A DNA stretch of 63,999 nt, counting the filler, from Lenisia limosa (Eukaryota; Protista; Breviatea): assembly GCA_001655205.1 (NCBI GenBank). It is 15 parts of 15 records of this genome, joined end to end, with 100 filler letters (N's around TTAATTAATTAA, not from the genome) between each part and the next. Parts side by side here need not be neighbours in the genome. Positions count along the whole stretch, not along the records: positions 51,768 to 53,896 come from LPNZ01011442.1; positions 53,997 to 55,494 come from LPNZ01007856.1; positions 55,595 to 56,911 come from LPNZ01009269.1; positions 57,012 to 61,286 come from LPNZ01004138.1; positions 61,387 to 62,788 come from LPNZ01007415.1; positions 62,889 to 63,999 come from LPNZ01004660.1; 9 more parts are not named here. One strand, written 5' to 3'. The notes under the pieces were generated by a model. It was not told the DNA's origin. It was given only the letters and a program-made list of their open reading frames with translations, and ran no database searches. Position numbers and translations under genes: made by a program. Positions 52,068-63,999 of this stretch are shown one piece after another (position 1 is the first letter of the stretch; each line of letters starts with the position of its first letter).

Positions 52068-53896
52068 TTGGCTTTTGATTGTTGTTCGTAGGTCATTGAG
52101 ATACTGTCCGACAAACTCGTCGTTCATTAAAACGTCTTCGTTGTCTGCTAGAGTAAGACGTAGGTACGAGCCAGAGTGATTGAAGGGGTATAGTTAGAGC
52201 AAGAGTTATATTATAAGCAAGAGTTATCACTCTTGCTAGTCTTGACCGACTTGCTATAATTTCCCTGGTCAATGTACATTTCCCTGATTACTGTTGATTA
52301 TCACAATAATTTCACAAATTATTTTGATTATTACTTATTACCAAGAAAAAAAAGTTGCATGAAAAACAAAACACAGAATTTCCCTGATTACTTTTGATTA
52401 TAGCCTCGAAATCGTCGACCTTGCCTAGGCGGTAAACGGTCATAAGCTCGGTCATGACGGAGATCTCGGGATGCGTCTTGAACCTAAATGGCATGAATTT
52501 GACGTGAAATTGGCCCACCAAAAAAGTAAAAGTATAATATGATATAGATATTTTACTCTATGTATATATTTTTATACCCCCCCCCCCACGGCTTGGCTTC
52601 CGGAGAGTCGAAGGGGTCAATTTCACTCTCACTCNNNNNNNNNNNNNNNNNNNNNNNNNNNNNNNNNNNNNNNNNNNNNNNNNNNNNNNNNNNNNNNNNN
52701 NNNNNNNNNNNNCAAGACTAATCCAGTCACTGTATACTATATGAGGAAAAGGGTCAAGGTGAATTGAAACAATCCCGTCCCCATACTTGAGACAGTTGAT
52801 ACGAAGACCAGACCCAGCCTCATCGTAGGCTTTGAAAGCCTGGAAGAACGCCTTGGTTGCCTCCGTCCACTCCCCACTAGTCATGTGCATCTTTCCTCCG
52901 TTCTGGGGAAGGGGGGAGTAAACGAAGACCATATCATACCTTAGGCTTCCCTACGGTACCAAAAAAAGTCTGAATTTCTCGATAAATCCTCGATAAATAT
53001 CGATATTTTACCGGTCTTTTTCTGACCGTATGGAAGCCCTCATCATATCCCCCCTGATACTTGACAGATATTGGCCATGGTCATGGGGTGCGGCACCGCG
53101 GCTGTGATAGACAAGGCCTTACGATACGCCGAACCGAGCCGTCTCATGTCTCCTTCGACCGCACAGACTTGGATATCGAGTGAATGTGCCTGGGGGGGGG
53201 GGGNNNNNNNNNNNNNNNNNNNNNNNNNNNNNNNNNNNNNNNNNNNNNNNNNNNNNNNNNNNNNNNNNNNNNNNNNNNNNNNNNNNNNNNNNNNNNNNNT
53301 TATGAATCAAAAAGCCCAAAATCAATTATGTACCTGGGCTGAGAATAACAAAACAAACACAGCCCAGGTCGGTCGCTTCTGCAGCACCGCATCCCATCAC
53401 TCCAATGTACGAAATTGGAAAATTTATGAAGAATAACAACAGGAAGTAAGAAACCATCCATCAATACTCACCTCCATCATGTTACCGGCGTAAGATACGT
53501 CTTCTTCATCTAGTTTGTCACATTGCTTATACACGTCTTTCAGAACCTGAAAACGTGATTCTTTTAATTTAGGGAAAGATCGCAAGTATACAACTCAACA
53601 GTGACCGCAAAAATGACATCGCTCTGTGTTTTCCCTTTAATTGGGCATAACGTGTGCACCCCCCCACTCTTTTCACTTTAGGCAAATCTCCGCTTGATAA
53701 GGCAAGTTTGCCAAGCTTGATCTGAGTCTTGAACCACAATCTCTGAGGGGGGCGTTAATAAATAGGGAGTAGGTCTATTTCAAACCAAAGTGAAGCCCAA
53801 ATTCCCCCCATACTCCATCATAAAAGCTACATCCCCCCAAACATCATTACTGACTTTCACGAGGGCTTTCAGTGTGACGTCATACAATTCCTCCAG
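52068..53896 (-). CDS. CSN2: COP9 signalosome subunit 2, internal fragment with eight exons
   Basis: LEELYDVTLKALVKVSND|RLWFKTQIKLGKL|VLKDVYKQCD...|AHSLDIQ...AVPHPMTMANICQ|NGGKMHMTSGEWTEATKAFFQAFKAYDEAGSGLRINCLKY|SEIDPFDSPEAKP|FKTHPEISVMTELMTVY|...NDEFVGQYLNDLRTTIKSQ. Confidence 0.92.
52944..53039. mobile_element. MITE subfamily B copy in a CSN2 intron
   Basis: TIR variant GGGCTTCCCTACGGTCC / GGACCGTAGGGAAGCCC around the same core as family A. Other B copies: 20707-20798, 48899-48989, 49662-49712, 56681-56762, 59064-59157; a fragment I could not assign to A or B lies at 55835-55904. Confidence 0.85.
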
Positions 53897-53996
53897 NNNN
53901 NNNNNNNNNNNNNNNNNNNNNNNNNNNNNNNNNNNNNNNNTTAATTAATTAANNNNNNNNNNNNNNNNNNNNNNNNNNNNNNNNNNNNNNNNNNNN

Positions 53997-54170
53997 CCGG
54001 TCGCTTCTGCAGCACCGAATCCTATTACATTGGAGCTGTAATGAACCAACAAAACACACAAAGCCCAGGCCGGTCGCTTCTGCAGCACCGAATCCTATTA
54101 CATTGGAGCTGTAATGAACCAACAAAACAAACAAAGCCCAGGCCGGTCGCTTCTGCAGCACCGCATCCCA
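53997..54170 (-). repeat. Tandem array of about 2.4 truncated family-E units (about 73 bp)
   Basis: CCGGTCGCTTCTGCAGCACCGAATCCTATTACATTGGAGCTGTAATGAACCAACAAAACA.ACAAAGCCCAGG repeated head to tail from the scaffold start. Confidence 0.8.
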
Positions 54171-55115
54171 TTTGGTGAATAATTATACCCACTAGATTAT
54201 TAATGTAATTCATCTCTGATATTAACCCCCAGGTTTTATTATTTGTATATTTGCTTTTTCTCCATTAACCCAGCCTTACCGATCCGCTGTCAGAATCATC
54301 ATCTTTCTCGCGAACCACATAGTATGAGGCAGCTAGGGGGTAAAATTGGAATTTGTTTTTTTAAAAAAAGTTAATTATGAGTTTTTTTTTCTTACCTCCC
54401 CCTCTGGAAACACTAATATATATGCCATTGTATACGAAATATACCAATACAATATATCATATGATATACTATATCGATATACTATATATCATATGCCTAT
54501 ATGATATATCTATGTACTGTATCATAGCAATGAGAAATAAAAAGGTTGTATCCGAAGCCGTCACACCATCACGCTTATAAGTGATATTGGACTGTAGTAT
54601 AGAATTAATTCACCCAATCATTTGCCTTACTCTATACACACAGCTTTCTGTTGTATATATAATATGTATAATTATGTACAATAACACATATAGCAATGAG
54701 AAATAAAAAATAAGGTTGTATCTAGTCCATATAATTATACAATATGTAATACCCCCCCCNNNNNNNNNNNNNNNNNNNNNNNNNNNNNNNNNNNNNNNNN
54801 NNNNNNNNNNNNNNNNNNNNNNNNNNNNNNNNNNNNNNNGGACCTCCTCTGGCTCATCATTAATAGTTCCTGTTGGCTGCGGAGTAGACGATTTGGTGTG
54901 GGTGCTCACGGCGACAAAAAGACCTTCCGAGTGAGGATGGAAAATGGTTAATTTATGAAAAAAAAACCCAGCCCAGTCGCTTCTGCAGCACCGCATCCTA
55001 TCGGAAAAAAATGGATAATTTAGGAAACAAAAGCCCGGGAGGGATATTATCAACTTACCACAGGAAAGAGAGGAGATGGCTCGGGCGAAAACTATTCCAA
55101 ACGATGACGTCACCG

Positions 55116-55233
55116 ATGATAGAAGAAAAATATTGCCTAATTTGATAAGTACTAAATGATAGAAGAAAAATTTTGCCTAATATGATAAGTACTAAATGAT
55201 AGAAGAAAAATGTTGCCAAATGGTAAGTGCTAA
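55116..55233. repeat. 40-bp tandem repeat, three copies
   Basis: ATGATAGAAGAAAAAT.TTGCC.AAT.TGATAAGTACTAA starts at 55116, 55156 and 55196. Confidence 0.88.
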
Positions 55234-56060
55234 GATTTCGGCCATGTATTCAATGCAGGTAGAATAAGCAGCAAAAATGGGCAAGTATCAGGGTATATGC
55301 TCCAAGTTGAGTCATTTCCCCTCCTCATGACTTTCAGCAAAAATATTGTTTCTAGTATTCTTTTTAAACCGCCCGCTGGGGGGTGCTAACTCATGAAGCG
55401 GTTTTCCATATCACCCCCCTCCCCCCCATCATCATCTCCAACCTCCATGCAACTCTTGTGAGTTTCTAGCCAATAGAGTTTGGGCTTGTTTGTTNNNNNN
55501 NNNNNNNNNNNNNNNNNNNNNNNNNNNNNNNNNNNNNNTTAATTAATTAANNNNNNNNNNNNNNNNNNNNNNNNNNNNNNNNNNNNNNNNNNNNCCCCCC
55601 CCCCCCACATCCTTGGGCAATAGTGGCGGCAGTAGCGACGAGTTTCTCGAGATAAACTAGAACCTGTGGGCTCGAGTATTGCATCTGACTGTAGGATACT
55701 GTTCGGAGAAGAATCTAAGGGTGTTACTAAAACTGGGTAGAATCTAAGGAATTTTAATGTATGTATTGTATCTAAGGGTGTACCCAGAAAATCTGTCAAC
55801 ATGGCGCAAGAGATTATTACCCCCCCCCCCTTTATGTTCCAAAGGACATCGTAATTATCGATATTTATCAATGATATATCGAGAATTCAGTTTTTTTGAA
55901 ACTGNNNNNNNNNNNNNNNNNNNNNNNNNNNNNNNNNNNNNNNNNNNNNNNNNNNNNNNNNNNNNNNNNNNNNNNNNNNNNNNNNNNNNNNNNNNNNNNN
56001 NNNNNNNNNNNNNNNNNNNNNNNNNNNNNNNNNNGCTAACAATTACACCCCTCATTTTAA

Positions 56061-56150
56061 GAGATAATTAATGACCAGTTTATGAGATAATTAATGACCA
56101 ATTTATGAGATAATTAATGACCAGTTGATGAGCTAATTAATGATCATTTA
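56061..56150. repeat. 23-bp tandem repeat, four copies
   Basis: GAGATAATTAATGACCAGTTTAT starts at 56061, 56084, 56107 and 56130. Confidence 0.88.
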
Positions 56151-59100
56151 AGCAGTAATTGCCCCCCACCTTGACAGAAACAATTGCGGCCGCGAGAGGC
56201 CCGGGGAAACTTGTCACGTGATCAAAGCTAATATGTCAGCTGTAATCCATTGAGGTCAAAATCAACTCTTTTGGCTGATAACACACGAGGGTTGATANNN
56301 NNNNNNNNNNNNNNNNNNNNNNNNNNNNNNNNNNNNNNNNNNNNNNNNNNNNNNNNNNNNNNNNNNNNNNNNNNNNNNNNNNNNNNNNNNNNNNNNNNNN
56401 NNNNNNNCTCCTGGCTGGGACAAAGGGCACTAGCCGCCCTATCAAGCCCCTCAGCAAATGCCGCGTTAATCATGTCAGTGGCTCGAGAGAAGATCTGAAA
56501 CGTCAGGTTAAACATCATTAAATCAAGCCTCTGAACCAAATTCATAAGGCTTCGGTCAGATACCTTCTTGTTTTATTACTCACACTGCCGGTGTAAAGTC
56601 CAAGCATAGATATTGAGCGTTGGCTAAGTCAATCGTTTCAGGACTTATCGCGGTCAGTTATAATTAGTACTTACATTAGATCCGAAAAAAGTCCGGAAAA
56701 ATATCTCTATTTATTGGGGATTATCGAGAAATTCAGTGTTTTTTGGGGCCATAGGGAAGCGCTAGTTATACTCTGCCCAATTTAGCGAACCGGTACAATT
56801 CCTCCGAAGATTGCCTCAGCCACCCCCTTGAATGCCTACAAGGGTGAATCAACAATATAATTGGGGAAATATCAACATCTTTTGATTATATTACCCCCCC
56901 CCCCACCCGAANNNNNNNNNNNNNNNNNNNNNNNNNNNNNNNNNNNNNNNNNNNNTTAATTAATTAANNNNNNNNNNNNNNNNNNNNNNNNNNNNNNNNN
57001 NNNNNNNNNNNGGCTTGAAAACCCAACACTCCGATAGACATTGAAAATCTCGAGAAACAAATAAAAACAAATGGATATCATTATCCGCGTACACGAAAGC
57101 CATATGATGATATTTTATATTCTTTTTATATTAGTGCTCATATTAATGATATACATAACTTGAGTCATTGCTACTACATGCCATTCAAATATGGTTTATT
57201 GTTACATTCAAATTTGGTTCGAGGGACTTTTTCATTGGTAGCTAACAAGATTAATACACACTGACCGCGAAGTCCGGACAATAATATGGGGCTTTATCTT
57301 TAGTCAGTTGTGTCAGGACTTATCTACACTGACCGCGATAAGTCCTGACACGGATATCGAGATTTATCTTGAGTCAATCGTGTGTCATGCATGCCTCATT
57401 GTTATTAAAATTCTTCTTTCATTTGTTGTGTTTGGATGTGTGATATCTTCATAGGTTCTTTATGATTGCCTCTTTCTCACTCTATCAGCCTACACAATGC
57501 TCCGACCTATCCCCCCATATGGCCCTCGAAATCATCAAACTCTTCACACAGCCTGACGTGGCTTCGTGTCTTCCCTCACTCGTCCTGGACAGTATTTTGG
57601 CCACTGCTTGCCCCGTGATGGAGGCGATTCCCATTCTTCATGAGCTTATTGTTCCTGATAATATCGTGGGTTTATTGATCTGATATATCATGCTTGGTAA
57701 AGATACGTGATTACAATTCTACACGACCAACAATATGATACCATCACGAATTAACATCAGACCAAGCCGTCCACGGCACCATGTTATTAAGAAATAGAAA
57801 ATGATAATCACAATTTCTCTACGATGACATTCTTCTAAATGTAATGTTATTGACGAATTCGGCCAGATTTACGAATTTAGGCAAAAGCCCACTCCTGGCT
57901 AGTCGAGCTTATTCTGACAACTGAAACGCCGCGGCCGCCCCAAGCTGTTCTTTCCTCCATCTCCGTCTTCGGCGACAACCATCTTGTACCCGTATTTAGG
58001 CGATATTTGGACCTGATCATCCCGGCCGCATCCGTGTCCAAAACCCGTTTTTTCACTTCCGACACGCTTCCCACGATCACTGATCTGCCTCTGGTCTCCC
58101 CTAAGGCGCTCTGCCATCTTCTTGCAGACTATCGCCCCGTGCCGTTATTCCGTGCGTTCTGTGAGCACTTCGTTTCCCCACATTCTAACCATGAGTTGGG
58201 GGGTTTGTTGGTGTTTCATAAACTTGTCGTTTATCCCCCCCCCCCACCCTCTTTCCCCCGTGTTTATTTCATGTTAAAACTTACGATATAAGACATATCA
58301 GTCCCCTCCTTGCTGCTTCCGTGTTTATTTCCTCGGGGCACCCTGCCGCCGCCGCGGCTCTTCTTTATCTCACCAACGCCAAATACAAGCTGTCTTTCAA
58401 AAATAGTAAGTTCTTATTTTTGCAGAGAAAATATATGTACAGTGACCGGGATAAGTCTTGACGGATTTGCTCTAAGAATTCCCAATGAAAATCGGTCAAA
58501 ACTACTCCCGATTATAGAATATACATTAGAAATCCAGACAAATGAATACATAAGTTCATAATATAATAGAACCTTCCAAATATAACTATAGAACCTTCCA
58601 CAAATTGCTCATTATATTTCGTAACATTCCAAAATATATCAAGAAATATATCAATAGAAAATATTATATGTTAGGAAATCAACGGAGTTATGATTTTATT
58701 CTTTATTCAGTTCATCCTTGAATAGCTATATTTTTTCGCCATCTTAGGACAATCCAAACAGTCCTTTTCTAGAGCTATGCTTAAGGCAGTTACCTGACCA
58801 AAAAAACAGTCACTGACCCCTGTCTCTTTGCCCTCCTGCTGAATCTCGCGCGAAAAGAGGCGCAAACCGGACCGGGGCGCGAACGCGCAATGAGTACGAT
58901 GGCGCCACTTAGGGGTATGAGGAGCAGGTACTATAATCCAATATCTCTTTTAAGCTTCACTTTGTAATGGACCAGAATCCGACTTAAGGAGCCCGACTCA
59001 ATTCTGGATAAAACCTTGAAAAATATCTTTTTTCTATGTACTTAGAATCCAATAGTACAGCTAGGGTTTCCCTGCGGTCCCAAAATAGACAGAATTTCTC

Positions 59101-62100
59101 GATAAATCCTCGATAAATATCGATATTTTAACGGTCTTTTCGGACCGATGGGAGCTCTAGTCACATCCCAGGCATGAGTCATGACCCGGCCGTGCCACGA
59201 GCCAAAAACTGCCCCCTTGTTCAAAATGCCGTTTTTGAGGTGAGAGGGGGGGGGGGNNNNNNNNNNNNNNNNNNNNNNNNNNNNNNNNNNNNNNNNNNNN
59301 NNNNNNNNNNNNNNNNNNNNNNNNNNNNNNNNNNNNNNNNNNNNNNNNNNNNNNNNNNNNNNNNNNNNNNNNNNNNNNNNNNNNNNNNNNNNNNNNNNNN
59401 NNNNNNNNNNNNNNNNNNNNNNNNNNNNNNNNNNNNNNNNNNNNNNNNNNNNNNNNNNNNNNNNNNNNNNNNNNNNNNNNNNNNNNNNNNNNNNNNNNNN
59501 NNNNNNNNNNNNNNNNNNNNNNNNNNNNNNNNNNNNNNNNNGCCTCCCTGGATTGTCACTATCTTATCAAACCGTCTTGTCACCGAACAGCCAGTTCAAC
59601 TTGGTATAATAGGGATGGAGTCATATTGGTGGGTTATGATGTTGATAATTAGGTTGATAATGCTGGTGTTGATGGTGATGATGATGATACTATCCGTAGA
59701 AAGTCGCAATTTTTACGTCATAAGGCAATATCATATACTATATTTATATATATAATTCATATCATATATTTATTTAATCCTTCACTATATTACCCCCCCC
59801 CCNNNNNNNNNNNNNNNNNNNNNNNNNNNNNNNNNNNNNNNNNNNNNNNNNNNNNNNNNNNNNNNNNNNNNNNNNNNNNNNNNNNNNNNNNNCCCTCTAA
59901 CGACCCAGGTGCTGACTTCAAGCCGACCTATCATATAATGCTTGGCCGACTATTTGGGCATGCCACATCCTTGTCCTGCCAATCTGCAGAGGTGGGTTGT
60001 ATTGAACAAGAGAAATAATATACATTAGAAACCTACATAACCAAATAAATACATAGGGATACCATAATAGGGGCGTAAAATGGACAATTAATAAACAACA
60101 AAAAAGCAGGAGATTACTATTATGTTCCAATGACTGAGGTTTTTTTTTGACAAGAGAAATTATATAATTCATTAGAAATCTAGAGGGACAAATAAATACA
60201 TAGGGGTACCATAAGGCAAATTACCATACTTCGGCGCCCATATCTGGGGTCTATTGTTGATCATGGTGTGTTTGTATTATACTATCTTGAGAGGTGGGGG
60301 GGGGGGNNNNNNNNNNNNNNNNNNNNNNNNNNNNNNNNNNNNNNNNNNNNNNNNNNNNNNNNNNNNNNNNNNNNNNNNNNNNNNNNNNNNNNNTGTTTTG
60401 TTTCATAAAATTTTCCATTTCACCCCCTCCCCCCTCGTTTCTTTTGTTTATTTTCAAATCAAAAACAGTATTACCCCTCGGGCTTGTTTTTGTTTTTGTG
60501 TTTTTATCATCTAGCTTTTGTCTAGTTTTAGCGTTGGTTGCCGTGTTTGTGATTGCTTTTTTTTTCGTGATTAGTACCTTTACGCCAATATTCTTCAGAG
60601 AAATTTCCTTCGTTTTACTCTCCCTTGTTTCTGATTGTTTGTGTTTCCAATTCAAAATCCCTCTTCCCCCAGAAGTGCCTAGCCATCCTCACAGCCCCCG
60701 TCCTGGAGCCGAAAAGACGGACCTCCAAGCCCCCGGCTGGGCCACATACCCCGCCGCCTGCTAATGTGAAGGGGGTGTTTTGGAGGAACAAGGAAATATT
60801 ACATTATTTCTTGTTCCCTTATTATTATTATTATTATTATTGTTATCATTTTACGATTTTCCTGATCCATTTTCAGTTCGCCTCAATTGCTCATGAACCT
60901 CTCGAGGCTTTGCTGAAATCACACAACACTGAAAGGTGGGGGTTTTCTGTGAAACCTTTTTTTTTATTTCTCATCTCAATATCATATTATGCTCTGAGGT
61001 ACACTGAAAACTGTGTGCACAGAGTAAGGCAAAAGATTGGGTGAATTATAATTATTCTATAATCCATGATATCTTGTGTGGATCTATTTTTTATTTCTCA
61101 TCTCCACGCATCAAAACTTTCATTTCTATCAAATATTTCAACATTTCTATCATCAATATTTCTGCCATCAACATTTCTGTCAACAACGTTTCTGTCATCA
61201 ATGTTTCAATCATGTCTTCCAGGCTTGGCGAAGTATCTCTACGGCTTTTGGAAAGCAGTTGCGAAGCTTTAACCCCCTTTATCAGCNNNNNNNNNNNNNN
61301 NNNNNNNNNNNNNNNNNNNNNNNNNNNNNNTTAATTAATTAANNNNNNNNNNNNNNNNNNNNNNNNNNNNNNNNNNNNNNNNNNNNCAATCCTGACGTTA
61401 TGAAGCACATCAGTCGCGCACTCAGCGGCACGCAGTACGCCTATGTTAAAGGTAGGATAAAAGGCCAGCAACAACATTGTTTTATTTCTCATTTCTATAC
61501 AACCTTATTTTTTATTTCTCATTGCTATAATATATTATGATGATGTTATTTGTCAATATAACAATATAACTATGTTTAAGGTGAACACAATTACATCTGA
61601 TAGAATAATTACTATGCTATACGCCTACGTTATATGATATGTCCATTCACAGTTCCTAATTTTGTAGGGAATTCGTCGGACGCTACACCGCTATTCGTGG
61701 CTCTTGTTGGCCCCGATGCTTTCCTCAGACAACAGGCCGCTGAAGAGTTTGTCACACTTATTGATAGTGGTGAGTTGGAGGTCTTTGGAAGGTTCAGAAG
61801 CGCCCTGAGCTGTCCTGAGGTAGCTGAGCATGCGACACCTGGGGTGGCGAAGCCTGCTCAAAGTTATTTAAAGTGTCTCGTTTTTCCACTGGAGAACGAT
61901 GTTGAGTATATTAAGCTAAAATGCTGTCCTAGATCTTTACGAATTAGGTGACGGGGTGTTTGAGCCTTCCTTTGTACGCGACAACTTGATGCGTATCATG
62001 CAAGACGATGTTCCCGAAATTGCTGGTTNNNNNNNNNNNNNNNNNNNNNNNNNNNNNNNNNNNNNNNNNNNNNNNNNNNNNNNNNNNNNNNNNNNNNNNN

Positions 62101-63999
62101 NNNNNNNNNNNNNNNNNNNNNNNNNNNNNNNNNNTGAATTTGAAATGAAACATATTCTTCTAATGGGAACCAATTCAGATACTCAGATTTTATTTTTGTC
62201 AATTAATAAATTAATTTACACGGTAATATATTTTCTAATTAGCATTTCGTTTAGTACATTATTTTTCCAATTTTACGCTGGAGTGATGGGATATGGTGCT
62301 GCAGAAGNNNNNNNNNNATAAAATTTCCAATTTTACCCCCCCCCCCTCCTCCAGCCTTGGCCTTTACTCTTCCGTCCATCGTGCAATCCGCAATGACTCC
62401 CGAGCAAATCTGTCGCTCTGTTGTTGAACGTCTTCATCACCGTCGTCCCACATCTACAGCGCTGTTCAGACTCATGGCTGCTCTGCTTGATGTTATTTTC
62501 CAGGTTGGCTTGGTGGTTCAGTTCTGTTCTGTTTCGGTTTTGATTAGGCTTTGGTACCCCCTTTTACCATACATAGCAAGAATCCACCCATTTTCCACCA
62601 TATCACCCTCACCCTCTTTATTTTATTTTTATCATCATAATATCTATCAAAATGCTTCGTTTTTCACGATAATAGGGTGACCTTAATGACGACATGGACG
62701 CACTCCAGACCCACACTGATATTGCCTTGGCCTCTTGTATTACGCCCAGATCCGAATCGGTAGGGGGGGGGGGGTAGAAATGGCTGAANNNNNNNNNNNN
62801 NNNNNNNNNNNNNNNNNNNNNNNNNNNNNNNNTTAATTAATTAANNNNNNNNNNNNNNNNNNNNNNNNNNNNNNNNNNNNNNNNNNNNCCCGTGCACTCC
62901 CCAACTTCTTTTTGGGATCCCCGAACACTCCTCCTATTTTTTTTATTTTTTTTTATTTTTTTTTTTGTTTTTCACCTCGCAGACCTGGGCTCCCCAGGCT
63001 GGCGTAAAGCAACCCTCTCGATTGATACGTCCTCCCAACCCGACCTGTCACCCCTGTCGCTGCCTTCCGCACGCTCGGCGCCCGTTTCCCCCCTGAGTTC
63101 CGAGGGAGATATGGAGTACCCTCCCGCCAGGTCAAAGAAGGCGCGACGAAGCCCTAAAAGTGGGTGGATTTCGATGATAAATATCTTGTTTTATTTCGTA
63201 TCTCTATTATTGTCCCAATATTTTATTGTAAGAAGGTATTATGACCTAATTATGTGTGGGCGGCTTTGGCCAGATACAACTTTGTTTTTTATTTCTCATC
63301 TCTCCCCAATATTTTATTGTAAGATAGGATACTATGACCCAACTATTGTTACAAGTTACCCTATTCTTATTTGCAATTTACCCAATATATTATTGTAAAT
63401 TGTAAATCACCCAATTATTTCCAATTATTATTGCAAATTACCAAATTGTCATTTGCAAAATTATTATTGTAAATTACCTTACTTATTAAAAAGTTACCTC
63501 TAATTATAATTGCAAATTACCTCGGCAGTTCTCCCGCCCCGGATCGGACGAACTCGCAATTCCGCCGCTAAAATTGCGGCCAGTTTCACGCCCGGACCGA
63601 CCATTGCGCCACAAGCTGCGTCCGCGCCACCCATGCGCGTGACACGGTCGAAAATGAGCGCGGACGTGGGGCTTGTGCGCACCACATGTCTTTCTCAACG
63701 CGGCTCCGTAGCTAGCTCTATGGATGCTCATGGTGACGCTGTTGGAATGAAGTAGGGAAAGGGTTTTTGCCTAGTTTTTTTTCTTGTCCTCTCCCTCTCC
63801 ACCACCCCTGTTGTTTTCAACCTTTTGTGTTTCCCAAATGCTAGTCCTTAATTGTTTTACTTTGTGTAATCTCAGGGTTTTGCTTTTCCATTTTGTTTCG
63901 CATTTCAAAAACATTATTTTACGATTAATGGGATGTGGTGCTGCAGAAGCGACTGGCCCGGGCTTTGTTTGTTTTAGTTGTTATCAACCCTCGTGTGTT

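Overview
This window is not one locus. It is a concatenation of 15 short scaffolds joined by an artificial spacer (44 N + TTAATTAATTAA + 44 N). Fourteen scaffolds look like an intron-rich unicellular eukaryote with GT-AG introns and the standard genetic code; I cannot name the species from sequence alone. Recognisable spliced genes are an AGCVIII/phototropin-type kinase, a class I cyclic-nucleotide phosphodiesterase, NADP-glutamate dehydrogenase, a complete UBE2D/Ubc4, low-MW thioredoxin reductase, a NO VEIN/sacsin-like GHKL ATPase, a DDX60-like Ski2 helicase and COP9 subunit 2. One scaffold (44489-45978) is bacterial (crt-hbd-bcd with Shine-Dalgarno sites) and is most likely a co-cultured contaminant. 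The most notable feature is intron architecture. Short 30-60 nt introns coexist with longer ones packed with at least five repeat families, which I label A/B, D, C, E and F. Two are palindromic TA-flanked MITEs (A/B, D); A/B occurs in both orientations. Three asymmetric families (C, E, F) are sense-oriented in every host gene I could orient, and E/F often end exactly at the branch point, C-tract and AG of the intron, which is introner-like. Many introns start GT(G)n or end (C)nAG. There is also a perfect 28-bp hairpin in a candidate exon and a decayed RT fragment. All alignments and translations were done by eye, so coordinates are approximate to a few bases.
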